In this document: one piece after another, positions 52,371-64,000 of the stretch
Numbering within the stretch: position 1 is the first letter of the stretch
Layout: each line of letters starts with the position of its first letter
DNA from: Mustelus asterias
Lineage: Eukaryota
NCBI RefSeq assembly: GCF_964213995.1
Contig: NW_027591117.1
Location: forward strand, 1 to 64,000
Length of the DNA stretch: 64,000 nt
Direction: 5' to 3'
The notes under the pieces: model-generated
Told to the model about the DNA's origin: nothing
What the model saw: only the letters and a program-made list of their open reading frames with translations
Database searches by the model: none
Made by a program: the position numbers and the translations under genes

Positions 52371-53827
52371 GTGTGAAAAGAAATCGAATCATTGGGTAAC
52401 CCAGATCCCATGGTGTTTATCTGACCACAGGCAGCTTCTAAACAAAATCAAATATTTTTACATGGAAGATATTTAAGAAAGATCGACCAATTACACTTGA
52501 TCCCTCTTTATTCTGGATGTGAAACATTCTGCCCCCTAAACCTCGTTCATCAACACAAAATCCAAGTAGATCGGCACTGAGTCTCGATTTCCTCATCAGC
52601 CTGAGCGGTTTTTTCTCTTTGTCTATTATGATGAAAGATTTGAAAAGATGGTACTGTGCAGTGCGCGCCATTTCCTCCAGTTCAGTTGCAGCATCACTTG
52701 TGTCTGTCTTTATGCGCACACAATACTATTAAACATGTTTCATACGGTGATTAACTATCCTAGTCTGCATCTGTAAACCCATTCAATTCTGTTGTACACT
52801 GAACGAATTGCGAATATGTGCACGGTGTCAAATTAGGAACATTTAATTCCTCATTATGTCTTAAAAGGCAGCATTTCCGAATTTGCTGAAAGCATTTGAG
52901 GCCGAGGTCACGGCAAATATAATGTGGCTTAACATCGAGTTTCTGATAATGTTCAGGAACAAACTTAAATCCTGCAAACATCGCTTACCCTCACTGTGAA
53001 AGGTTTATACTTCCAATTGGTTGGAAACCAGTGACTTTTCGCGTATAAGGCGAGCGTGATGGCCAATACACTGCAGAAATGATTATCCACTATAAAACCT
53101 CAAGAGACTGTCTTGAAATGTTACAACTGTGCCGTCATTCAGTCACACTTTGGGTGCTTCCTTCGAAGAATTCGGCTGCTGTCACGAGGAATAAATGCTG
53201 TAGACAACCTGGTCTCAGTGACCAGGAGAGAAAACAATTCTGCACAGAGGGGCCTGAGAGCTGAACCCAGACAGAGTGGAGGGAGGGAGAAAACTGAGAG
53301 TGGAGAAAAGAATTGGTGGAGAGGGTGAGATGGGTTTGGATTTCAGCCCAGGGCCGGGGGAGAGTGTGTGAGATGGGGATTTACAGATTTGGGGCAAACG
53401 AGAGGAAAAAATGTTCCAAAAAAAAACTAGAATTATCTGTTCAGAATTTCTATCCTGGACCGACCGTGATTAATTTTGTAAACTCTTTTTCCAGGTATTA
53501 ACAAGGGAAAGATTTGTAGATGCAAAACTCAAAACAAACATTTTGGTTTGAGTCACTCGATCATTCGTCAATCTGTGAATGTGGAAGGAGAAATGTTTAT
53601 CTCTTGAAGATTTTAAACATCAGTGCAACTGGAAAAACACCGAGACACACACACACACTCGAGTGAGAGTGTTCCAGTGAACTGACTGTGGAAAGAGCTT
53701 TAACCAGTGACACAGCCTGAGAAAACATCACACCATTCACAGCAGGGAGAAACTGTACACGTGTTATCTGCAAGGACGAGGTTTCAACTGATCATCTAAC
53801 CTGGAGAGACACAAGGACACTGGCACC

Positions 53828-54628
53828 ATGGAGAAACCTTGGAAATGTGGGGACTGTGGTAAAGGATTCAAGTCTTTATTCCGACTGGAAATCCATCAAC
53901 GCAGTCACACCGGGGAGAAGCCATTCGTCTGTTCTGTGTGTGGGAAGGGATTTACCAAGACAACATACCTGATGTTACACCAGAGAATTCACACTGAGGA
54001 GAGGCCCTTCAGCTGCACTCACTGTGGGAAGAGGTTCAACAGCACATCCAGCCACGCGACACACCAGCGGATTCACACTGGGGAGAAGCCGTTCACCTGC
54101 TCCGTGTGCGGTGAGAGATTCACTCGGTCATCCGGCCTTTGGACACATCAGCGAATTCACACTGAGGAGAAACCGTTCAGCTGCACTTCTCGTGGAAAGA
54201 GTTTCGGGCAGTCATCCACCCTGACTGCTCACCAACGCACTCACACCGGGGAGAGACCGTTCACCTGCTCCGTGTGTGGGAAGAAATTCTCTCAGTCATT
54301 CGATCTGGTGAGACACCAGCGACTTCACACCGGGGAGAGACCATTCACCTGCTCGGTGTGTGGGAAGGGATTCGCTCGGTTATTCACCCTCCAGTCCCAC
54401 TACCGCACTCACACTCAGGAGAATCCATTCAGCTGCAGTACCTGTGGAAAGAGTTTCAAGCAGTCATCCAACCTTCTGACTCACCGACGCACTCACTCTG
54501 GGGAGAGGCCTTTCACCTGCTCCTTGTGTGGAAAGGCATTCACAAGGTCCTCCAGCCTGCTGAGACACCAGCAAATTCATAATAGACTGCAAGGATTGGA
54601 TTCTGCTTTTAACCACAGCCAGGATTGA
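53828..54628 (+). CDS. C2H2 zinc-finger protein, 9 tandem fingers, finger 5 degenerate
   Basis: Repeated CxxC...HxxxH with TGE(K/R)PF linkers. Splice acceptor-like ttttccag near 53494. Decayed fingers upstream of the ATG. Confidence 0.9.
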   Translation: MEKPWKCGDCGKGFKSLFRLEIHQRSHTGEKPFVCSVCGKGFTKTTYLMLHQRIHTEERPFSCTHCGKRFNSTSSHATHQRIHTGEKPFTCSVCGERFTRSSGLWTHQRIHTEEKPFSCTSRGKSFGQSSTLTAHQRTHTGERPFTCSVCGKKFSQSFDLVRHQRLHTGERPFTCSVCGKGFARLFTLQSHYRTHTQENPFSCSTCGKSFKQSSNLLTHRRTHSGERPFTCSLCGKAFTRSSSLLRHQQIHNRLQGLDSAFNHSQD

Positions 54629-54799
54629 TAGTCTGACAATATTGGTTCGATTTTGCTGATATTAACATCCCTATAAGTAGCTGGAGTTTAATATTCTGGA
54701 GATGTCTCTGACTTTCGGAGCTGCAGTGTCCCTTTTTAAAAACACCTTGTGATCTTTCCCCTAAATTCAAGAATCCTTAACAAGAACCTGTTCAACATA

Positions 54800-55146
54800 A
54801 AATCATAGAAGTCATAGAAACCCTACAGTGCAGAAGGAGGCCATTCGGCCCATCGAGTCTGCACTGACCACAATCCCACCCAGGCCCTACCTCCACATAT
54901 TTTACCCACTAATCCCTCTAACCTACGCATCCCAGAACTCTAAGAAGCAATTTTTTTAACCTGGCCAATTAACCTAACCCGCACATCTTTGGACTGTGGG
55001 AGGAAACCGGAGCACCCGGAGGAAACCCACGCAGACACGAGGAGAATGTGCAAACTCCACACAGACAGTGACCCGAGCCGGGAATTGAACCCGGGACCCT
55101 GGAGCTGTGAAGCAGCAGTGCTAACCACTGTGCTACCGTGCCGCCC
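54800..55146 (-). mobile_element. Young HE1-like SINE
   Basis: Near-identical to 60155-60486 and 56680-56850. Confidence 0.88.
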
Positions 55147-55774
55147 ACTTTGCTTCAATCCTAAATTAATCTTCGATGCAAATCAGTGTGAGAGAAGTTC
55201 CACTGATTAACATCTCCAATTAGAAAGTCCTGATTAATCCTTGCTGACAATTCTGACTGACGTCTTCACAGTGACACGTCCATTATGAAATTAAATATGA
55301 AGGAACATAAACAAAATAGTAAAATATTATACAGGCACAGTTAAATCTCACATAAAATCCTTAACAATCAATATTGAAGTTGATGAAACTTGGAGGTCTC
55401 TGAGTTCACTCATTTCTGACACAGCAGCAGCAGTTTCACGATCTTGCGATTAAAGTAATACAATATCACCATCTGCTGGCGACGTGTACTTACGGCAGGC
55501 GCTGGCATCTGTGAGTCTCGGGGAAGTTCAGTCACTGGATGGTTGGAACTGGCATCCGGTTGATGAAGTGCCAATATTGAATAACATTGTTCATTCCCTG
55601 TTGCAAACTTTCATTCCAAACATTGGAATGAAAGTTTGCAACAGGTTCTTGGGTGGCGCGTTCGCCCATTTATCACCAGGCACCGTATAAGAATTTTGGT
55701 CCCCATTCCCCATGGGAGATATTGTCTGGAGTTGCAGTTCGGGATTATTGTGTGCATTAGTATTTAAAATAAAT

Positions 55775-55966
55775 ATTTATTGAAGATATATAGCACTGGA
55801 GATACGTTTCAGGATCTACCGGACAGATTTTCTTGCTGTTTTGCGCAAAGGAAAGAAAACTGTTCTTTTTAACATTGCCGGGATGCTTCTCCCTGACTCC
55901 GCCGTGTATTTCTGTGCCACGGAGCCCACACTGCTGCAGAGATAGAGCGGATCCCGGACAACAACC
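55775..55966 (+). pseudogene. V relic (FR2-FR3 plus RSS), AMEP family
   Basis: gactccgccgtgtatttctgtgccacggagcc followed by RSS CACACTG-24-ACAACAACC at 55927-55966. Frameshifted upstream. Confidence 0.82.
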
Positions 55967-56679
55967 CCACACATGGGAGTTCCAGTTAGGTACCACCAGA
56001 GGGCGCACTTACGCTGCTAAACAGAACCAATAATTCACTCTCCATGTGAGTCACAGGGACCTTCCCAAGATATCAGAAAAAAAACACAACCTCAACAAGA
56101 GGTGAGCAACATTTGAGGAGTTGTATTAGTTTATTTTAACTTGCATTTGTGCTATCGCCGATCTTCTTAAATCTATTCCATTTTGTTAGCTCAGTTGTTG
56201 CCCTTGGATGCAGTTTCCCTGCCTCTAATATTGAGCAACTCGATCCCCATCTCCCCTGAGAGGTTTCTGAAGTCTATCACCGCGGCCTGGTCACTGGGTT
56301 TATTTGATCCGAGAGATGTGCTGCTTCCGAGAAAGTGTATTCACAATGAAGAAATTTCACAATGAAGTGACTGTGATCTTTTAAATAGACATTGAGCACA
56401 GAATTCCCCCAATGACCAGTGAACTTCAGGATATTTCCGTAATGCTGTTTTGTTACTATGAGCAACCCAGAATTTGCAGCTGCTAATTAACAGAGCAGGG
56501 TTTCATCCCCGCAACCCCATCCGGAAAAGTGCACCCGTTCCCTTATCGAGGTGCTGAAATCAGCTCGGCTCGAGGGATTTCCTTTCGATATCAGCCAGCT
56601 CACCACTGAGAGATCTCACAGACTCATAGAGACACAATGATTGAAGTGGCAGGATACTGGAAACACTTGGGCTGATCCC

Positions 56680-56852
56680 AGGCGGCACGGTAGCACAGTG
56701 GTTAGCACTGCTGCTTCACAGCTCCAGGGTCCCGGGTTCGATTCCCGGCTCGGGTCACTGTCTGTGTGGAGTTTGCACATTCTCCTCGTGTCTGCGTGGG
56801 TTTCCTCCGGGTGCTCCGGTTTCCTCCCACAGTCCAAAGATATGCGGGTCAG
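56680..56852 (+). mobile_element. HE1-like SINE, 5' half
   Basis: A/B boxes and core. Confidence 0.85.
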
Positions 56853-56889
56853 GTCCTTCATTCTGTGGCTATTCTATGGTTGACACACA

Positions 56890-57890
56890 ATAGATAGTCA
56901 ATATCTTTTCCCAAAGGTAGGGGAGTCAAAACCTCGAGGGCATGGGTTTAAGTTGAGAGGCGAGAGATACAAAAGTGTCCAGAGGGGCAATCTTTTCACA
57001 CAGAGAGCGATGAGCGTCTGGAACAAGCTGCCAGAGGTAGTAGTAGAGACGGACACAATTTTATCTTTTAAAAAGCATTTAGACAGTTACATGGGTAAGA
57101 TAGATGTAGAGGGATATGGGCCAAATGTGGGGAATTGGGACCAGCTTAGGGGTTAAAAGAAAAAGGGCAGCATGACAAGTTGGGCCAAAGGGCCTGTTTC
57201 CATGCTGTAAACATCTATGACACTATGACAACTTGTCATTTGGGTCTCAACTTCAAGTTTCTAGGTGTCCAGATCACCAACAACCTGTCCTGGTCCCCCC
57301 ATGCCGACACTATAATTGAGAAAGCCCACCAACACGTCTACTTTCTCAGGAGGCTGAGGAAATTTGGCATGTCAGCTACGACTCTCACCAACTTCTACAG
57401 ATGCACAATAGAAAGCATCCTTTCTGTGTCACGGCTTGGTATGGTTTCTGCTCTGTCCAAGACTGCAAGAAATTACAAAAGGTCGTGAATGTAGCCCCGT
57501 CCATCACGCAGACTAGCCTCCCATTCATTGACTCTGTCTACACTTCCCGCGGCCTTAGAAAAGCAGCCAGCATAATTAAGGACCTCATGCACACATTCTC
57601 TCTTCCACCTTCTTCCGTCAGGAAAAAGGTACAAAGTCTGAGATCACGTACCAACCGACTCAAGAACTTCCCTGCTGCCCTCAGACTTTTGAATGGACCT
57701 GCTACATATTAGATTTATCTTTCTCTACACCCTACCTATGACTGCAACACTACATTCTGCACCCTCTCTTTTACTTCTCCCCGATGTACTCTATGAACGG
57801 TATGTTTTGTCTGTACAGCATACAAGAAACAATACTTTTCACTGTATCCCAATACATGCGACAGTAATAAATCAAATCAAATCAAAATCC
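56890..57890 (+). mobile_element. Adjacent CR1 3' fragment (56890-57225) and Rex1-like 3' fragment (57250-57890)
   Basis: FTQRAMSVWNKLP; FKFLGVQITNNLSW...KAHQHVYFLRRLRKFG...YRCTIESIL; (aaatc)n tail. Confidence 0.82.
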
Positions 57891-58379
57891 TCCCAATTCT
57901 TTCCTCCACGATAGGTCGCAGCATTTAAAGAACACGCCCAGGGCCCAGTGCTGAGTCTGAGGGTATCTGACTGCAGTAAGGTGAGTGATACAGGAGGGTC
58001 TCACTGTCTGAGGGAGGTGAGTCTTAGCCGGGGGGGTGCGTGAGTGACCCAGGTTAATCTGACACTCCAGGGACAGTTGGAATGGAGCTTTCCCCCGGGC
58101 TGTCCCCTCCCCGTGTCTGCGTGGGTTTCCTCCGGGTGCTCCGGTTTCCTCCCACAGTCTGAAAGATGTGCTGGTTAGGGTGCATTGGCCGTGCTAAATT
58201 CCCCCTCAGTGTAACCCGAACAGGCGCCGGAGTGTGGGCGACTAGGGGATTCTCACAGTAACTTCATTGTAGTGTTAATGTAAGCCTACTTCTGAGACTA
58301 ATAAATAAACTGAAACTGAAGGTCAAGGTGCTGCTGTGACAATGCACTCTTGTTTAAACACTCTGCAATGCTGAGACTG

Positions 58380-58860
58380 GGAGAAGTGACCACCAGGGGG
58401 CAGCATTGCAGCTTCTGTCCCCCTATTGAAACTGGGATTGTTGCTCCATCTGCTGCACAATCCCAACCCCATCCACTGGGGGCAATCTGGACAATGGCTG
58501 CAGGCAGACCTCACTGCGCGTGCGCCGCGATGACACCCACCGCCGGCGGCCATCTTGCGTTGCCAAGGGAGACGGCCAGCGGCCATATTCCCGTTGCCAA
58601 GGGAGACGGCGGCGACCATCTTGAGTTGCCAGGGGAGACGGCATCGATGCGGCGGCGTCCGCGCGCGCTGACCTCTGGGAGCATTCCCGTCCCGCACATG
58701 CGCACAGGCCGCCCCGCACCCTCGACAAGTCCCCCTGTTGTCCCGCCAACGTGCATGGGCCGGAGTGGGCAAGAGGTGACACTGGGAGGAGCAGCCCCCC
58801 CCGGGAGCGTTACAGCGACGCCTGGTGGCCAGGAAGGGCAATAGCAGCAGCACAGTCTCT
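58380..58860. promoter_or_regulatory. CpG island, promoter-like
   Basis: High CpG density, three tandem YY1-like plus X-box-like units, NRF1-like TGCGC motifs, CTCF-like CCACCAGGGGGCAG at ~58390. Confidence 0.65.
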
Positions 58861-59589
58861 GCCCAAAGGCTTCCCCAGTTCAGCTGCTCAGAGACACTGG
58901 GAATGTCTTCAAGTGGAAACTTCAGCTTCTCACATTCACCCCCTGTGTTCAGTCATTGTTTCCTAGGCAACCTCTGTAGTGACATCACAAACAACTTGTT
59001 CACATTGAAGGCCATGGCAATCTGGACCATTCGGCTTCAAAGCCATTGAGCTTTGAAACTTCAATTGAAATGTTGGAGATGAGTGTTTATCGATGCAAGT
59101 CATGTTGCATGTGGAACGCTCACGATGCCACAATTAGAGCGGTGCAGACATCTCACAGGGTTGTGTGACTGGAGGAGATGTCAGAGACGGGCTGGTTAAA
59201 TATAGAGGGACAGGGTCTGAAGCTAAGTTTTGGGTAAAAGATGGCAGTAATGTTGTGACATTAATTTAGCTTCAGGTAGTTGCTGGGGAGGGGGAATAGA
59301 GAGGTTGGGGAGCGATGTTTGTATTGGGGCAATCTCTCTCTCTCTCTCATCATGGATATATATCAATCCATCTCTCACTCTCTATCTCTCTTTACCCATT
59401 GTGTCCAGAGTCTTGTGAAGGCGCAGACCGGTGGCAGGTCATTGCTGCCGAGGAGGACAGCCTTCAGCGCACTGGACCTGCGTTGCTGCACGGATAGCTC
59501 GAGGCACCTCTGCCTCCGACACCATCACCTTCCACACGTGTGTCTCTTCTGGACTGTGTGTGTGTCGTGTGTGACTGGTGGGGACTATA

Positions 59590-59990
59590 CAAAGGGTTGT
59601 GAATGAAGCCCAGTCCATCACGCAAACCAGCCTCCCATCCATTGACTGTCTACACTTCCCGCTGCCCCGGAAAAGCGGCCAGCATAATTAAGGACCCCAC
59701 GCACCTGGACATTCTCTCTTCCACCTTCTTCTGTCGGAAAAATACACAAAGGTCTGAGGTTATGTACCAACCGACTCAAAAACAGCTTCCTCCCTGCTGC
59801 CATCAGACTTTTGAATGGATCTGCCTCACACTAAGTTGATCTTTCTCCACACTCTCGCTATGACTGTCACACTATATTCTGCACTCTCTCCTTTCCTTCT
59901 CTATGAATGGTATGCCTTGTCTGTATAGTGCACAAGAAACAGTACTTTTCACTGTATATTAATGTGATAAGAATAAATCGAGTCAAACTG
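59590..59990 (+). mobile_element. Rex1-like LINE 3' fragment
   Basis: Homologous to 57480-57880. Confidence 0.75.
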
Positions 59991-60154
59991 ATGTGAGTAA
60001 AGATATTGATGTATCCACCCTGGTAATGGACAGTGCAGAGGCAGGAAAAGTGCCCGAAACATCAAGATAAAAGTTCACCCCAGAGGAAATAAGAGCTCCA
60101 AGGGTTAATGACAATTAACACTGAGTAGCTGCTCATTTTAATTTAAGGGGCTTC

Positions 60155-60486
60155 ATAGAAATCATAGAAACCCTACAGTGCAGAAGGAGGCCATTCGGCC
60201 CATCGAGTCTGCACCGACCACAATCCCACCCAGGCCCTACCCCCACATATTTACCCGCTAATCCCACTAACCTACGCATCTCAGGACTCTAAGGGGCAAT
60301 TTTTAACCCGGCCAATCAACCTAACCCGCACATCTTTGGACTGTGGGAGGAAACCGGAGCACCCGGAGGAAACCCACGCAGACACGAGGAGAATGTGCAA
60401 ACTCCACACAGACAGTGACCCGAGCCGGGAATCGAACCCAGGAGCTGTGAAGCAGCAGTGCTAACCACTGTGCTACCGTGCCGCCC
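60155..60486 (-). mobile_element. Young HE1-like SINE
   Basis: Full-length SINE core. Confidence 0.88.
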
Positions 60487-60961
60487 ATTGCTGAGACAGA
60501 ACAAGGTATAACAACGGCAGAGTTCAGGGAAGTTGACAAATTATTTAAAAACACATTATTTAAACCCCCTCAAATGATTCGAATGAGTAGTTTGTGAGTG
60601 ACGAGATAGACTCAATATTAGAAAACAAAATGAAAGTCCAGAATGAATACGTTTTGACATCGCTGGAAAGAAATTAAATAAAACTCAATCTGAATGAGAT
60701 CAGGAGAAACTCCAGGGTTATGAAAAGTTCAAAGGCCAAACAGGAGCAGCAAACCATTTTGCTTAAACATCAGAAGTATTTGAATGAAATTCTGAAAATG
60801 GTTGAAGAAAATTTGGGCCAATGACCCACAGCAGGTTAGCGTGTGGAAATACTGGGAAAATACCTGGAACAAGAGACTGAGCATTTACAGACAAGAGCTG
60901 GGAAATGGAAGTTTTGCCTCGGAGAATAAATGGAACTAAGGAGGATTCTCCAAAAGGACAG

Positions 60962-61270
60962 TGGCAGCACGGTGGCACAGTGGTTACCACTTCTGCCTCA
61001 CGGCACCAGGGACCCGGGTTCCATTCCCAGCTCGGGTCACTGTCTGTGCGGAGTTGGCACATTCTCCCCGTGTCTTTGTGGGTTTCCTCCGGGTGCTCCG
61101 GTTTCCACCCACAGTCCAAAGATGTGCGGGTTGGGTGGATTGGCCATGATAAATTGACCCTTAGCGACAAGCTAGGGTAAATATATGGGGATAGGGCCTG
61201 GGTGGGATTGTGGGTTGGTGCAGACTCGTTGGGCCGAATGGCCTCCTCTGCACTGCAGGGATTCTATGCA
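60962..61270 (+). mobile_element. HE1-like SINE
   Basis: A/B boxes and core. Confidence 0.85.
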
Positions 61271-61679
61271 TATTGTGGTTTAGACAAAAATACTGTGTTT
61301 ACCCCAGTCCAACGCCGGCATCTCCACATCATGTTCTGCCTGAGTCAGAGGTGGGAGAAGATTCCATCAAGAGGAAATTGAATGGGAAGCTGAAGGGAAA
61401 ATATTGACAGGGTTATGGGGAGAGGGTGGAGGATTGGGAATAGTGAAACTGCCCTTGCAGTGTGTCGATCCAGGCTTGACGGGCTGAATGGCCTCCTGTG
61501 CTGTCACCATTCTATGATTCACACACAAGTTAACTTCTCAGTGTCTATTAGGCCCCACTCGTTCCTCCATGATCAGTTCCAGCATTTCAAGTTCAGATCC
61601 CAGTACTTTTTAGTTGGGGCATTGAGGAGTAAAACAGAAATAGGAATGAGAGTGTCGGTGCGCTTATGTTTTTGTATTT

Positions 61680-62062
61680 CTGTGTGTGTGTGTGTGAGAG
61701 AGCGAGAGACAGTTTCTAAGTGTGTGCAAGTGTCTATTTCAATGTGTATTTCTGTGCGTGTGATTGTGAGTGAGTGTGTGTCTGTGTGTGTCTCTCTCTC
61801 TCTGTCTTTGTGCATGTGTGTCTGTGAGTGTGTGTTTGTGTCCCTCTGCGTGTGTGTCCGTGAGTGTCTGTGTGTTTCTCTCTTTGCCTGTGTGTCTGTG
61901 TGTGTGTCTGTGTGTGTGTCTCTCTCTGTGTCTTTGTGCATGTGTGTCTGTGAGTGTGTGTTTGTGTCTCTGTGCGTGTGTGTCCGTGAGTGTGTGTTTG
62001 TGTCTCTCTGTGTGTGTGTGTCCGTGCGTGTCTGTGTGCCTCTCTCTTTGTCTGTGTGTGTG

Positions 62063-62094
<32 letters not shown>

Positions 62095-62290
62095 ATGATC
62101 TGTTTGAGTGGGGGAGCAGGCACGATGGGTCAAGTGGCCTCCAACTGCACATATTTGAGATTCAAATACATTGACACACATGCATGCTGACACACACACA
62201 CACACACACACAGACACACACACACACACAGAGACACACACACACACAGAGACACACACACACACAGACACAAACACACACAGAGAAAGA
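61680..62290. repeat. (GT)n/(CA)n low-complexity tracts
   Basis: GT-rich tract 61680-62090 followed by CA-rich tract 62190-62285. Confidence 0.95.
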
Positions 62291-64000
62291 TATACACAGT
62301 ATTGATATATTTATTGACCATTTAATGTGACTGAATGCTACACATCCTGGTTTGCCGATGACACAAAACATTAGACAGCATTGTAAGCAGCATAGCTGGA
62401 AACATCACATTGCAAAGAGTTATTCATATTTTGTCCATGGACAAAACTGGTGGAGAGGTTTCAGTGCAGGGAAATGTAAACTGACACAACTTAGATTTAA
62501 AAGGGATAGAACAATGTACTTTAATAAATGATGAAATGACAGAAACAGTGGAAGCTCCAAATGTCCAGATATTTCACAGCTGAATTCACACAATACACAC
62601 AGCAATGGGTCTGATATTGCGGAATTGTTGTAAATGTGGTGAATCTCAGTACGGAGGCTGTCTTCATGTTACAATGTTAATCTGATCACTCTCATCAAAA
62701 CAGGGTCAACATTTCTGTACAATGTGAGTGAATCATCAGCTCAAATAGTTCAGGTTCAATGTTTAAAATAACCAGTCACTTTTCTGTGGCTGCTTTGGGA
62801 GTGTCAGTGGAATGTAGTTTACAGTCAAGTGTGAACAATTGTATTGGGGAATAATTGGAAGCAGTTTCCATTGAGAGCTTCCTGCATTCTGGAAATGTGT
62901 GTGATCCATTCAGAGATAGGAAATGGACGGATGAATAAAGATGCAGTTTGTTGTTAATTACATGAGATTGTCTGCCTTGAAGATTCACAAGTTCCATGTG
63001 CTGAGAGAAAGGAATGAATGATTAAACAATGTCTGTAATTCAAATCCTTCAGACAAGTGAAAAAGCAGGAGAACAACTGAATCCACAAACGCTGCCACAG
63101 ACAGTATTCGAAGCTTCAACTTCATGTTTGAATGTGAAGGGCTGATTGAAATAAACAGGAGGCCACACTGGGATGCTGAGCAATTTGATTCCTGTTTTTC
63201 CTAAAATTCAAAATAAAAATCTGTGATGGAACATTCCTTGGACAGAGCAGAGGGGATTTTACTCTGTATTTACCCCATTACAGTATTTGTGTTGGGAACA
63301 TTTGATGAACAGCGCAGATTAAACGTTATTCTTAACCGCTGGAATTTAAGTTGGGGGCTGATTTAATCAAACATTGAAAATAATGAGGGAAAGGGAGAGG
63401 CTGATAAAGAACAAGTTTTTCTGCTGGCTGGGAACTCTTGTCACAAGCCTACTTGTGACACTAATAAATAACATTGAAACTGTATAAAGTGTTATATACA
63501 CAGATACAGTGCTGAGGTAAAGAGAAATGGAGACATGCTCCACATTCATTACCCAGACATGGTCTAGTTTATTTTTTATAAAGAGTGACATGGTTAAATG
63601 CAGTGATAATTTAAGCAGGTTCCCTCCCTAACAGCACTGTGGGTGTACCTACACCACATAGACAGCAGCGGGTTCAAGACGGCAGCTCACCACCACCTTC
63701 TCCAGGGCAACTAGGAATGGGCAATAAATGCTGACCTAGCCAGTGACACCCACATCACAAGAATCAATAAATATTCATCTAACCCAGCACATTGTCCAAT
63801 GAAATATCAATCCATACATGGTATTAATACAGTGAGAACTCAAAAAGGGTTGATTGTAGTGTCCACAGCAGCATGGTGTAATGTAGTATTCACTGAGACA
63901 ACTGAGCGTATAAACAGCGACTGGGTTGAGTGCAGTGATAACTGGGAAAGGAGCAAATGTCCGGGATTCTCCGGCTGTTCACTCGTGGGGAATTCTCTGC

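Noticed and set aside
11891-55966. NAR-TCR, IgH-like V, D, J or C segments
   Set aside because: No IgNAR- or VH-type frameworks, no 12-RSS-flanked D segments, no FGxG J motif with RSS and donor, and no C1 exon seen by eye.
58323-58853. Several 120-176 aa ORFs in the CpG island
   Set aside because: Expected in GC-rich, stop-poor sequence; no recognisable domain.
10060-61270. tRNA genes suggested by Pol III A/B boxes
   Set aside because: All are SINE heads followed by the SINE core and tail.

Overview
Vertebrate genomic DNA, almost certainly a shark (elasmobranch-type SINEs, CR1/Rex1 LINE debris, a ~69-bp satellite). The first ~9.4 kb is TC/CA simple repeat, satellite and assembly gaps. From ~11.9 to ~56 kb lies a germline cluster of T-cell receptor alpha/delta-type V gene segments (leader exon, phase-1 intron, V exon, 3' RSS). 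I count 12 apparently intact V genes, 1 open V exon lacking both canonical cysteines, and about 7-8 pseudogenes or relics, in mixed orientation. No D, J or C exons were found. A 9-finger C2H2 zinc-finger ORF sits inside the cluster, and CpG-rich promoter-like islands lie at both ends. I cannot claim a wholly new system. The best leads are: (1) a 3' cassette shared across different V families, made of an RSS with a 24-bp spacer plus a CTCF-like motif ~25 bp past the nonamer; (2) a duplicated V lineage that lost Cys104, and Cys23 in the complete copy, while keeping an open frame and RSS; (3) Penelope-like repeats carrying minimal hammerhead-ribozyme motifs with covarying stem II, one inserted at an RSS nonamer. 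Coordinates were counted by hand; repeat boundaries are approximate.
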